A stretch of DNA of 64,000 bases from Armatimonadota bacterium. Lineage in GTDB: Bacteria; Armatimonadota; HRBIN16. The notes beneath the pieces were generated by a model that saw nothing but the letters and a program-made list of their open reading frames with translations, did not search any database and was not told the DNA's origin. This document shows, in pieces, positions 38,110 through 46,826 of the stretch. Where the stretch lies: NCBI GenBank assembly GCA_963677485.1, contig OY781964.1, forward strand, positions 4,288,001 through 4,352,000, given 5' to 3'. How positions within the stretch are numbered: position 1 is the stretch's first letter; each line of letters starts with the position of its first letter. The position numbers and the translations under genes were made by a program.

Positions 38110-39486
38110 ATGAGATTCGCCAGATCCATTACTTTAATGCTTGCCGCAACAGGATTATGCTGCTGGCAGACCGACGCTCGTAGCCAGGAGGTGACCCCGA
38201 AAATGCGCGCACTGATCGCAAAGACACAGTCATTTGGACTGACCCGATTTCCCATTAGTTTCTGGAGCTACACAAACCTGAAAGAACACGGGAAGCACAT
38301 GACCGAGGATGAGGTGAAATCCTGGGCAGACGCAGGGTTTACAGTGCCTCAAAGCTCTAGTTTTGACCCAAAGGACGCAGCACAGATGTCACAGATGCAC
38401 AAGATATTGGGCTGGGCAAAGAAATATGAAATGAAGATGGTGGTATGCGACCCGCGTGGCTATGCTCAGAAAGGCTCTGACGGTATACCTCCCAAGCAAT
38501 ATGCGGAAGGCATCCGCGAGGCTGTGGCCGATTTTGGCAAGGATCCGGCCTTGTTTGGCTTCCACATTGGTGATGAGCCTGATGCTGAAATGAAGAACAG
38601 CTTCTTTGAGTGTTACCGGATACAAAAGGCGATCGCTCCGAACCTTCATCCGTTTGCCAATCTGCTGCCATATTTTACAGGCGCTGAATTGAGGGCAGGC
38701 ACAGATACCTGGCCTAACTATCTGGACGAATATGCTAAAAAGAGCAACGCAGACTTGCTGGGTTACGACCATTACGCACAGATGAACCCAGGAGAGGGTG
38801 GCATCCACGAGTATTACAGAAACCTGAAGCTGTATCGAGAAGCGGCGTTGCGTAACGGCATCCCGTTTTGGAATACTGTGCTTTCGGTCGGGCACTACAA
38901 ATACCGGTGTCCCAACCAGGATGACCTGCGATGGCAGTTCAACACCTCCTTGGCTGCCGGTGCCAACGGCATTGTCTGGTTCTTTTATTACATGCGTCAG
39001 CCGCACGCCAACTACCGCATGTCGCCTGTGGATGAGCTTTGGGAAAAGACGCAGGGGTATTATGACCTGCGACGCATCCAAACTGGATTCCATCGGCGGT
39101 ATAAGGACCTGTTCAACCATATTGCCTCCACCCGCGTGAGCTTCGTGGGCAAGGTTTACGGTGATGGAGAAGCCTTCACACCAGATCGGTTGGTAAAGCA
39201 AGTGGAGTGCGGCAAGGACGCTCAGTTGCTTATCGGTGAGTTCGCGGACCTGCAGGGGCGGTCTTATGTGATGTTCGTGAATAACAGCATGGCCGAGAGT
39301 GAGTTTTTCAATGTGAGTTTCCCCAAAGGCACCCGTAGCTTCAGCCAGGACTGGAATGGGAAGGAGTATGAGGGAGGTGCTTATTGCGCAGGCAATGTGG
39401 ATGTGGATGAGAACGGCTGTCCAAGGCATCAGTTGATCCTGGCGCCTGGTCAAGAGGCGTTCTACCGTCTTGAGCCGGCGAAGTAG
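38110..39486 (+). CDS. Secreted glycoside-hydrolase-like TIM-barrel protein
   Basis: Signal peptide, GFHIGDEP, LGYDHY, LRWQFNTSLAAGANGIVWFFY (clan GH-A-like pattern). Confidence 0.65.
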   Translation: MRFARSITLMLAATGLCCWQTDARSQEVTPKMRALIAKTQSFGLTRFPISFWSYTNLKEHGKHMTEDEVKSWADAGFTVPQSSSFDPKDAAQMSQMHKILGWAKKYEMKMVVCDPRGYAQKGSDGIPPKQYAEGIREAVADFGKDPALFGFHIGDEPDAEMKNSFFECYRIQKAIAPNLHPFANLLPYFTGAELRAGTDTWPNYLDEYAKKSNADLLGYDHYAQMNPGEGGIHEYYRNLKLYREAALRNGIPFWNTVLSVGHYKYRCPNQDDLRWQFNTSLAAGANGIVWFFYYMRQPHANYRMSPVDELWEKTQGYYDLRRIQTGFHRRYKDLFNHIASTRVSFVGKVYGDGEAFTPDRLVKQVECGKDAQLLIGEFADLQGRSYVMFVNNSMAESEFFNVSFPKGTRSFSQDWNGKEYEGGAYCAGNVDVDENGCPRHQLILAPGQEAFYRLEPAK

Positions 39487-39790
39487 CTAGATTCATGCAG
39501 AACTCTGAATCAGTTCTGAGCAGGTGGTCTACCTGAACAGTCACGCAGCCTGCGGCAAAAAACGCATGGCTGCTGTGGCTATGCATCAGTTGGCGCGGAA
39601 GTCGGTATACTGGTACAAATAATTGGAATGTACAAATATCCGATATTAGTGTAATAAATAGTACAATGTATGATTTGTATATGCTACAATATTATATTCG
39701 TCAGGGAGCGCAGATATTCACAGATGATGAACCAGCAGATCATTCGGCGTGACCAAGATGAATCGAAAACCAACATGAAGGGAGATACCT

Positions 39791-40471
39791 ATGCAAGCTA
39801 GACTGAGAGTCTCGAGTATCACTTGTCTGATACTTCTTATGAGCTTCGCTGCTCAGGCTGCGGTTACGCTCACCACCAAAGCTCCTGGAGATGCCCAGTA
39901 CGCCTGGAACAGCAAGTATGGGCCGTATGGTTATACTACAGGTACAGATTCAATAGGCGTAGGCCTACAGAACAACTCCCCCTACGGTATCGACTACACC
40001 GTGTCGATTTTCATGATTCCGCTCATTGACTTGGGGGGCAAAGACATATCGAGTGCACTGCTGGAAGTGGAATCACTGGGGTTCAGCACCGGGTATTACT
40101 ATGGCTCTGCCAAAATCGGATGGTTGAATACCGGTTCAACTGTTCTTACAGGTGATGTGGAAGCTGATAAGATGGGTCCGGCAAGTTCAGGAATGCCAGG
40201 CGATTTTGTGATTTACAACAGTGATTACGGTGACACACCAGGCGTGAAGTCATTTGATGTCACTAGTTTCGTCCAACAAGATATCGCCGCCGGTCATGCT
40301 TATTCCACATTCGTGATGTCAGGATCCAGAGATACTGGTGGCTCCATTTACACCGCGGAGAGCGGTAAAGGTCCACGGATCATAGCCGTTCCGGTGCCTG
40401 AGCCAGCATCAATGGTGCTCTTAAGCGCGGGTGTAGCCAGCTTGCTACTTAAGCGTAGACGAAGAGCATAG
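39791..40471 (+). CDS. PEP-CTERM sorting domain protein
   Basis: Signal peptide (AQA) and C-terminal VPEPASMVLLSAGVASLLLKRRRRA. Confidence 0.92.
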   Translation: MQARLRVSSITCLILLMSFAAQAAVTLTTKAPGDAQYAWNSKYGPYGYTTGTDSIGVGLQNNSPYGIDYTVSIFMIPLIDLGGKDISSALLEVESLGFSTGYYYGSAKIGWLNTGSTVLTGDVEADKMGPASSGMPGDFVIYNSDYGDTPGVKSFDVTSFVQQDIAAGHAYSTFVMSGSRDTGGSIYTAESGKGPRIIAVPVPEPASMVLLSAGVASLLLKRRRRA

Positions 40472-40491
40472 CAGCAGTTTGTTCCCTGGTA

Positions 40492-40520
40492 ATCGGACGG
40501 ATTCGACCGATTGGACAGAT
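40492..40520. repeat. Short 9-bp-period imperfect tandem repeat
   Basis: ATCGGACGG ATTCGACCG ATTGGACAG AT. Confidence 0.45.
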
Positions 40521-40532
40521 ATATTGCTGAGC

Positions 40533-40562
40533 AAGTGCCCCACCAGGCGGTGGGGCACTTTT
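40533..40562. terminator. Terminator between the convergent PEP-CTERM gene and gltX
   Basis: AAGTGCCCCACC / GGTGGGGCACTT perfect 12-bp stem with TTTT. Confidence 0.8.
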
Positions 40563-40574
40563 AACGTCAGCTTG

Positions 40575-42020
40575 CTAACCTGCTTGGGCGAATTCTGCTG
40601 CCTTTTCCAGCCGCGCTACAACACGCTCAATACCCAGAACCTCGATCATCTCAAACAGGCCGGGGCCTACGAGTCGGCCGCTGACAGCCAGGCGGGTGGT
40701 GTGAATCGCCTGACCTGCGCCCACACCCAGCTCCTCGGCGGCCGCGCGAACCTCGGCCTCAATGCTGGGCACGGTGAAGTCTGTGAGTGCCTGCAGTTTG
40801 GACGATATCAGCTTCAGTAGCGGTGCCGATTCGGGTTTCGATAACCACTTCTTGGTGCCTTTAGAGTCATATTCGCTGATCTCTTCAAAGAAGAATCTGG
40901 TCAGCTCCACAATCTCCGGCAGCAGCTTCAAACGCTCTGCTTCTAGTGCGATCACGCTTTGTGCATACGCCAGGTCACTCTCAGAGGGTTCAGCAGATAA
41001 AAGCCCGGCTGCCTGTAGATGCGGAACGCACAGTGCTGCCAATTCATGCAGCGGCTTCTTGCGGATGGCCAGGCCGTTATACCACAGCAGCTTCTGACCG
41101 TCGAAAATCGCGGCGTGATCCGTCACCTTATCGAGGTCGAACATCGACACGATCTCTTCTGTGCTGAACTCTTCACGGTCATCCCCCGGACTCCAGCCTA
41201 GCATGGTCAGGAAGTTGAACATCGCCTCTGGCAGGTAACCCTGGTCTATGTAGTCCACAAATTGCACGGAACCATGCCGCTTCGATAGCTTCTTGCGGTC
41301 GCTTCCCAGGATGATCGGTAGGTGAGCGAACACAGGGTGCTGCCATCCCATGCCTTCATAGAGCAGTACGTGCCGGGGAGTGCTGGATATCCACTCCTCG
41401 CCGCGGATGACATGGGTGATCTCCATATCATGGTCATCCACAATGCTCGCCAGATGATAGGTAGGATATCCATCGCTCTTGAGCATCACGAAGTCATCCA
41501 GAAGCCTGTTTTCAAAACTGACTTCCCCGCGGATGGCATCGGTGAAGCTGGTCACACCCTCGTCGGGCATGGCGAAGCGCACCACACAGGGAGCTCCGCT
41601 CTCCTCAAGCTTCGCCACCTCATCTGCACTGAGGTTGCGGCAGTGGCGGTCGTATCCTGAGGGGGTGCCTTCCGCCTCTTGCTTCTGGCGCATGGCATCG
41701 AGGCGCTCTGAGCTGCAGAAGCACTTGTAGGCATGGCCGCTGGCTATCAGCTGGTCGGCAGCCTGTGTATACAACGGCAGCCGCTCCGACTGGTAGAAGG
41801 GGCCTTCGTCCCAGTCCAAGCCCAGCCACTGGCAGGCGCGCATGATCTGCTCCACCGAACCCTCGACAAAGCGGTTACGGTCGGTGTCTTCGATACGCAG
41901 TAGAAACTGCCCGTTGTGGTGACGGGCATACAGCCAGGCAAACAGCGCAGTGCGGATGTTGCCAATGTGCGGTGATCCTGTGGGACTAGGTGCGAAGCGG
42001 GTGCGGACGGATTTATTCAT
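40575..42020 (-). CDS. gltX: Glutamate--tRNA ligase
   Basis: RFAPSPTG, HIGN, LRIEDTD, KLSKR, anticodon-binding domain present. Confidence 0.97.
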   Translation of the reverse strand: MNKSVRTRFAPSPTGSPHIGNIRTALFAWLYARHHNGQFLLRIEDTDRNRFVEGSVEQIMRACQWLGLDWDEGPFYQSERLPLYTQAADQLIASGHAYKCFCSSERLDAMRQKQEAEGTPSGYDRHCRNLSADEVAKLEESGAPCVVRFAMPDEGVTSFTDAIRGEVSFENRLLDDFVMLKSDGYPTYHLASIVDDHDMEITHVIRGEEWISSTPRHVLLYEGMGWQHPVFAHLPIILGSDRKKLSKRHGSVQFVDYIDQGYLPEAMFNFLTMLGWSPGDDREEFSTEEIVSMFDLDKVTDHAAIFDGQKLLWYNGLAIRKKPLHELAALCVPHLQAAGLLSAEPSESDLAYAQSVIALEAERLKLLPEIVELTRFFFEEISEYDSKGTKKWLSKPESAPLLKLISSKLQALTDFTVPSIEAEVRAAAEELGVGAGQAIHTTRLAVSGRLVGPGLFEMIEVLGIERVVARLEKAAEFAQAG

Positions 42021-42080
42021 GAACAGGCGGCTCCTGGTTATTTCAGATGACGTTAGGGGATGGTATCCCCACAGTAGATG

Positions 42081-43388
42081 TTACCAAATCGTGAAGATGG
42101 CCATGGTACTGAGGGTGATCATAGTCAATATCAATATCAAGTCGGCACCACCTCGAACAGCCTTCGGGAAGATGCTGCGCCAGCCGAATGCGAAGATAAT
42201 AGCGAGAGGGCCAAGCGCACCAAACAGGTAGCGCCCTTGCGTTTGAAAATACTTCAAGGTGAAGCCAGCGAACCCCAATACTACAACCGCGATGAGGGCC
42301 CAGGCAGGCCACCACCATGTGGGTAGTGCCTGTGAGTTATCACTTTTGTTGGTGAACAGGCCGAATATGTAGCCGACAAAGGCGATAACGCACACGATCA
42401 GCAGCACATTGTAAACGCCATCTTGCCAGAAGGCCGGCATGCCTACCTTCATAGTGCTTGGCGTGCCATATGCGAACCAAAACGACTTGAAGGTCCAGTT
42501 CGCGACCAGCTTTATATAGCCTAGCATCCCACCGGTTTGCGACATGATCTGGTCAGCCAATGCGGTGGTTTTGAAGGTCTGCTCGAACGCTTTCAGTAAC
42601 AGCGGGTCATCGGGACGAGACCGGATGGTGCTAATCCAGTAAGGTGCGGCAAGGCAGAGCGAGATGACTGAGCTGATGAGTGCGGTGATCCACTTTTGGC
42701 GCCGGTCACGGCCGGGACTCAGGATGATGGCAAACATCACGAAGCCAAACGCAATGGCGAAGTTCATCTTCGTGAGAAGGCCGATTCCTAGCCAGAGACC
42801 TAGGCGTGTGATGGGCCAGGGGTTTAACTCTCGTTGGGCGTATATCTGAGCGGTCTCCATCACGCAGAGCGCGAACATTAGGTTGGCCAGAGGGTCATTA
42901 TTGATGGCACTGTTCAAAAACAGGTTCATGGGCAATAACCCGTAGAACGCGGTGGCAGCAAGAGCCATAGTCTGCGACCCATTGTAAAGCCATCGGCTGG
43001 TTTTGTATACAGCCAGCATGGCCAAAACTCCGAATAGCACGGAGAGAAGCCGGACCCAACGGGCTGGGGAATCGGTGAATGGGTTGACTGCTTTATACAA
43101 GTTGCCCGCCAGGATGTAGTAAGCCGGCGGCTGATGCGCTTCATACCCACCTACACCGCTGTAACCCTCGAACTTAGGAGTGGTGGAGTGCTCTGCCACA
43201 TAGCGCACATACTGCAGATGGGCTCCTTCGTCGGGCGTATGAAAAAGGCCATTTTGGCCCACAGGGGTGTGAAACGCCAGGCCGATCTGCATCAAGACGG
43301 CCAGCACACATAAAGCGGTCAGCCAGAAAGAGAACGAGGGCATCTCGGAAGATGCCCCCGCTGTTGTAGTCGTGCGTGCTTTACGCAT
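42081..43388 (-). CDS. GT-C fold membrane glycosyltransferase (PMT/DUF2142-like)
   Basis: PDEGAH, YEAHQPPAYY, INND, QGRYLF, multiple TM helices. Confidence 0.75.
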   Translation of the reverse strand: MRKARTTTTAGASSEMPSFSFWLTALCVLAVLMQIGLAFHTPVGQNGLFHTPDEGAHLQYVRYVAEHSTTPKFEGYSGVGGYEAHQPPAYYILAGNLYKAVNPFTDSPARWVRLLSVLFGVLAMLAVYKTSRWLYNGSQTMALAATAFYGLLPMNLFLNSAINNDPLANLMFALCVMETAQIYAQRELNPWPITRLGLWLGIGLLTKMNFAIAFGFVMFAIILSPGRDRRQKWITALISSVISLCLAAPYWISTIRSRPDDPLLLKAFEQTFKTTALADQIMSQTGGMLGYIKLVANWTFKSFWFAYGTPSTMKVGMPAFWQDGVYNVLLIVCVIAFVGYIFGLFTNKSDNSQALPTWWWPAWALIAVVVLGFAGFTLKYFQTQGRYLFGALGPLAIIFAFGWRSIFPKAVRGGADLILILTMITLSTMAIFTIW

Positions 43389-43401
43389 GAACCTTCTTCA
43401 A

Positions 43402-44985
43402 CTAGAGGCTGGCCACCTGCGCCAGTTCCAAGCCATCGAGCTGGCGGAACTCATGCAGGAGCGTCTCGTCGAGTGGGGTATCGATCATCAGAACCATCAA
43501 TGCCGTACCGCGAGGTACCTGACGTCCCAGGTTCATACCGGCGATGTTCACGCCTCTAGAGCCAAGCAGCGTGCCGATGCGTCCGATCACACCAGGTGTG
43601 TCGGTGTGCATGGTGAAGATCATGTGACCTTCGGGCACGATGTCGACCAGGAAGCCGTTCACGTCAAGAATGCGCGGCCCTTGAGGGGTCACGGCTCCCG
43701 TCACGCTGGTGGTTTTCCCGTCGATCTCGGCAGAGATGGTGATGGAGCTCTGGTAGCTGTTAATACGGCTCTGGCTTTCGATGGTCGTGTTGATCGCCAT
43801 GCCACGGTTCTTAGCGATCAGGAACGCATTGACCGGATTAACCGGGTGCGATAACTGAGGCCTTAAGATACCAGAGACGGCACTTCTCACCACCAGGTCT
43901 ACGGGCTGTCCTGCGAAGTCGCTTGTAAACTTGACGTCTACTTTTGTCACAGCGCCTGTATTGAGCTGGGTCATCAGCTTACCCATCTGCTCTGCAAGGT
44001 AGATAGCAGGCCCGAGTTTCTTCAGCTCTTCAGAATCGACTGGCGGCAGGTTCACCGCACTGCGTGCGGCGCCACCCTGAAGCACTTCAGCGATCTGCTC
44101 GGCGACATCAATGGCCACATTCACTTGTGCTTCCACAGTGGAGGCGCCAAGGTGAGGGGTAAGGATGCAGTTTTGAGCTTTGAGCAGAGGGTTGTCCGCC
44201 TTGATGGGCTCACTGGAGTAGACGTCAACGGCAGCCGCTTTAATTCGGCCTTCGTTGAGGGCATCTGCCAGGTCCTGCTCATTGATGACTCCACCACGTG
44301 CGCAGTTGATCAGGTGTGCAGAGGGCTTCATTAATGCAAGCTTCTTTGCATCGATCATGTTGCGGGTGCTGTCGTTCAATGGAGTGTGGATGCTCACAAA
44401 GTCAGAAACCTTGAGCAGTTCATCCAACTCGGTGAGGATGATGCTGTATTGTTCGGCAACATCGGCAGGGGTGTATGGGTCGTAGGCCAGAACAGTCATG
44501 CCGAAGGCACGCGCACGGCGGGCAAGTTCGGTTCCGATCTTGCCAAGACCGATGACGCCCAGCGTCTTTCGGTTAAGTTCCGTGCCTACTAGCTTACTGC
44601 GCTTCCACTCTCCGGCTGAGGTGGACATATGGGCTTGGGGAATATTGCGGGCGGAAGCCATCATCAAAGCGAACGCGAGTTCGCATGCTGCAATGGTGTT
44701 ACCGCTGGGAGAGTTTACGACGATGATACCGCGCTTGGTAGCTACGGGGACATCGATATTGTCTACACCCACTCCGGCGCGGCCGATAATCTTCATGTTG
44801 GTAGCTGCTTCAAGAATATCAGCAGTCACCTGGGTTTGAGATCGGACTATCAACGCGTCGAAATCAGGGATTATTTTCTTGAGTTCTTCAGGGGCTAAGC
44901 CTGTGCGGACGTGTACTTCACCTGCTGGGCGAAGGGCATCAATACCGGCTTCAGCAATTGGGTCAGCGACCAAAATGCGTGCCAT
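43402..44985 (-). CDS. serA: D-3-phosphoglycerate dehydrogenase (long form with ACT)
   Basis: GRAGVGVDN, GLGKIG, INCARGG, TPHLGAST, DTPGVIG ACT domain. Confidence 0.96.
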   Translation of the reverse strand: MARILVADPIAEAGIDALRPAGEVHVRTGLAPEELKKIIPDFDALIVRSQTQVTADILEAATNMKIIGRAGVGVDNIDVPVATKRGIIVVNSPSGNTIAACELAFALMMASARNIPQAHMSTSAGEWKRSKLVGTELNRKTLGVIGLGKIGTELARRARAFGMTVLAYDPYTPADVAEQYSIILTELDELLKVSDFVSIHTPLNDSTRNMIDAKKLALMKPSAHLINCARGGVINEQDLADALNEGRIKAAAVDVYSSEPIKADNPLLKAQNCILTPHLGASTVEAQVNVAIDVAEQIAEVLQGGAARSAVNLPPVDSEELKKLGPAIYLAEQMGKLMTQLNTGAVTKVDVKFTSDFAGQPVDLVVRSAVSGILRPQLSHPVNPVNAFLIAKNRGMAINTTIESQSRINSYQSSITISAEIDGKTTSVTGAVTPQGPRILDVNGFLVDIVPEGHMIFTMHTDTPGVIGRIGTLLGSRGVNIAGMNLGRQVPRGTALMVLMIDTPLDETLLHEFRQLDGLELAQVASL

Positions 44986-45118
44986 GGAAACCTCCTAGGG
45001 CGATTGTGCTGCTATGCACTTAAGAGCGGAATAGGGGAAAAACCCGCATTCTGCCAGCATGTTAATTGTGACACAGAAAGAGCAAAACGGCCAAGTGCGG
45101 CACCGCCTGCTGAAGGAT

Positions 45119-45189
45119 ATCTCACGCGGAGACGCGGAGGGCGCGGAGAGGAGCTGGTCATCTCACGCGAAGCCGCGAAGATCGCGAAG
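45119..45189. repeat. Two blocks of 9-bp-period triple repeats
   Basis: ATCTCA-CGCGGAG-A-CGCGGAG-GG-CGCGGAG (45119-45148) and ATCTCA-CGCGAAG-C-CGCGAAG-AT-CGCGAAG (45160-45189). Confidence 0.8.
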
Positions 45190-45253
45190 GGGAAGGCGAA
45201 TGACCGGCGCGGTCTGGCAGATGGTCTGGAGACTGCGCTTTATAGCCGCAGTG

Positions 45254-46594
45254 TCATCCACCATCACTGTGTGCAAGAACACCATGAGCGGAGATATTCC
45301 GCATGGAATTCCTTGCATCGATGAATACGCCATTGTAAAAACCCCAATCCAACTGCTTATACTCGGACCAGTCGGTGGCTATCACCACTGCGTCTGTGTT
45401 GAGCGCACATTGTGTGGGGGAGGAGCACAACATAACATCAAGATGCGGGTAGGCATGACGGAAATTCTGTATGCCTTTAGGGTCATGTGCCTTCACATAA
45501 GCACCACGTTCCAGAAGAAGTTCAACCAGCTCCACAGCCGGTGATTCGCGAACATCGTCTGTACCTGGCTTAAAGGTGAGACCCATCACACCGATGGTAC
45601 GGCCACGCAGACCTTTCAGAGCTATCTGAAGCTTCTCCACAATGACCATGCGCATTCTCTTGTTGACTTCAACCGCAGCTTGGATGAGTGGCATGCTGAG
45701 GTCATGTTCTTGTGCCATGGCCAGCATCGCTTTAGTATCTTTCGGGAAGCAGCTTCCACCCCATCCAATTCCGGCATTCAAGAAAGCGGGGCCGATCCTG
45801 GTATCCAGCCCCATTCCGCGGGCCACCTCGGTGACGTCTGCCCCCAGCTTCTCGCAAAGCTGTGCAATTTCATTGATGTAGCTGATTTTGGTCGCCAGGA
45901 AGCAGTTGCTTGCATACTTGATCATTTCGGCACTGGTAGCCGATGTCATTATCAACGGGGGATGCATGTAGTTCTGTGATCTCGGTAAAACTAAAGGCGG
46001 TTCGAAACTCTGCTCCAGTATCGGTCTGTATAAACCATAAAGCATGTCGGAATCGCTCTGGGTTTCGCACCCAATCACCACACGGTCAGGGTAAAGCATG
46101 TCTGACAGTGCACTTCCTTCGCGCAGGAACTCGGGGTTACTGGCGGTATGCACATCGCGTGTCAGACCACGTTTCTCCAGCTCACGAGAAATGATGGTGC
46201 GTACACGGCGATGAGTGCCTATCGGAACCGTCGACTTTACAACGACAGTCTGTCTTTTTGTGGGCGAGAGATGGGTGGCCAGTTCAGCGGTGCAGTTTTC
46301 TACATATGAGTTGTCAGCATGGCCGTTTTCCATAGTTGGTGTACCAACGGCGATCATCACGATATCAGCCTCGGAAACAAGCTCCATATTGTTGCAAACA
46401 ACTAAACGCTGTTGAACAGCCGGCATTTGCAGCAGCTCTTGCAACCCATGTTCATGGATGGGACTTTGCCAGCATCGCAGCATCGCCAATTTGTTGTCGT
46501 CTTTTTCAATGAGCACAACATCGTGACCAACAAAGGCAAATGCGACTGCACAATTGAGCCCCACATAACCGGCACCGATGATCAAAACCTTCAA
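45254..46594 (-). CDS. ugd: UDP-glucose 6-dehydrogenase family
   Basis: GAGYVG, KSTVPIGT, NPEFLREG, GWGGSCFPKD, FKPGTDDVRES. Confidence 0.93.
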   Translation of the reverse strand: MKVLIIGAGYVGLNCAVAFAFVGHDVVLIEKDDNKLAMLRCWQSPIHEHGLQELLQMPAVQQRLVVCNNMELVSEADIVMIAVGTPTMENGHADNSYVENCTAELATHLSPTKRQTVVVKSTVPIGTHRRVRTIISRELEKRGLTRDVHTASNPEFLREGSALSDMLYPDRVVIGCETQSDSDMLYGLYRPILEQSFEPPLVLPRSQNYMHPPLIMTSATSAEMIKYASNCFLATKISYINEIAQLCEKLGADVTEVARGMGLDTRIGPAFLNAGIGWGGSCFPKDTKAMLAMAQEHDLSMPLIQAAVEVNKRMRMVIVEKLQIALKGLRGRTIGVMGLTFKPGTDDVRESPAVELVELLLERGAYVKAHDPKGIQNFRHAYPHLDVMLCSSPTQCALNTDAVVIATDWSEYKQLDWGFYNGVFIDARNSMRNISAHGVLAHSDGG

Positions 46595-46826
46595 ATCGCC
46601 ACTCTCTGCTTCTTGTTGTGCTTGAATAGAACGCTCTGTATGGCTAGCCTATACGAACAGGCATGACCCCATTACGTAGATTTTACCATATGGCTCTGAG
46701 CATACTATGACCTCTTGATGTGCGGTGGCTGGCCCCTCATGTAACAGTGTCGAAGCCTTAAGCGTCAAACCATATCGGATAAGCAGTGCATGTAGAATGT
46801 AACTGTATGGTCGCCATGGCACTTTC

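Noticed and set aside
38389-39453. 354-aa antisense ORF in the glycosidase-like gene
   Set aside because: Shadow ORF with no recognisable features.
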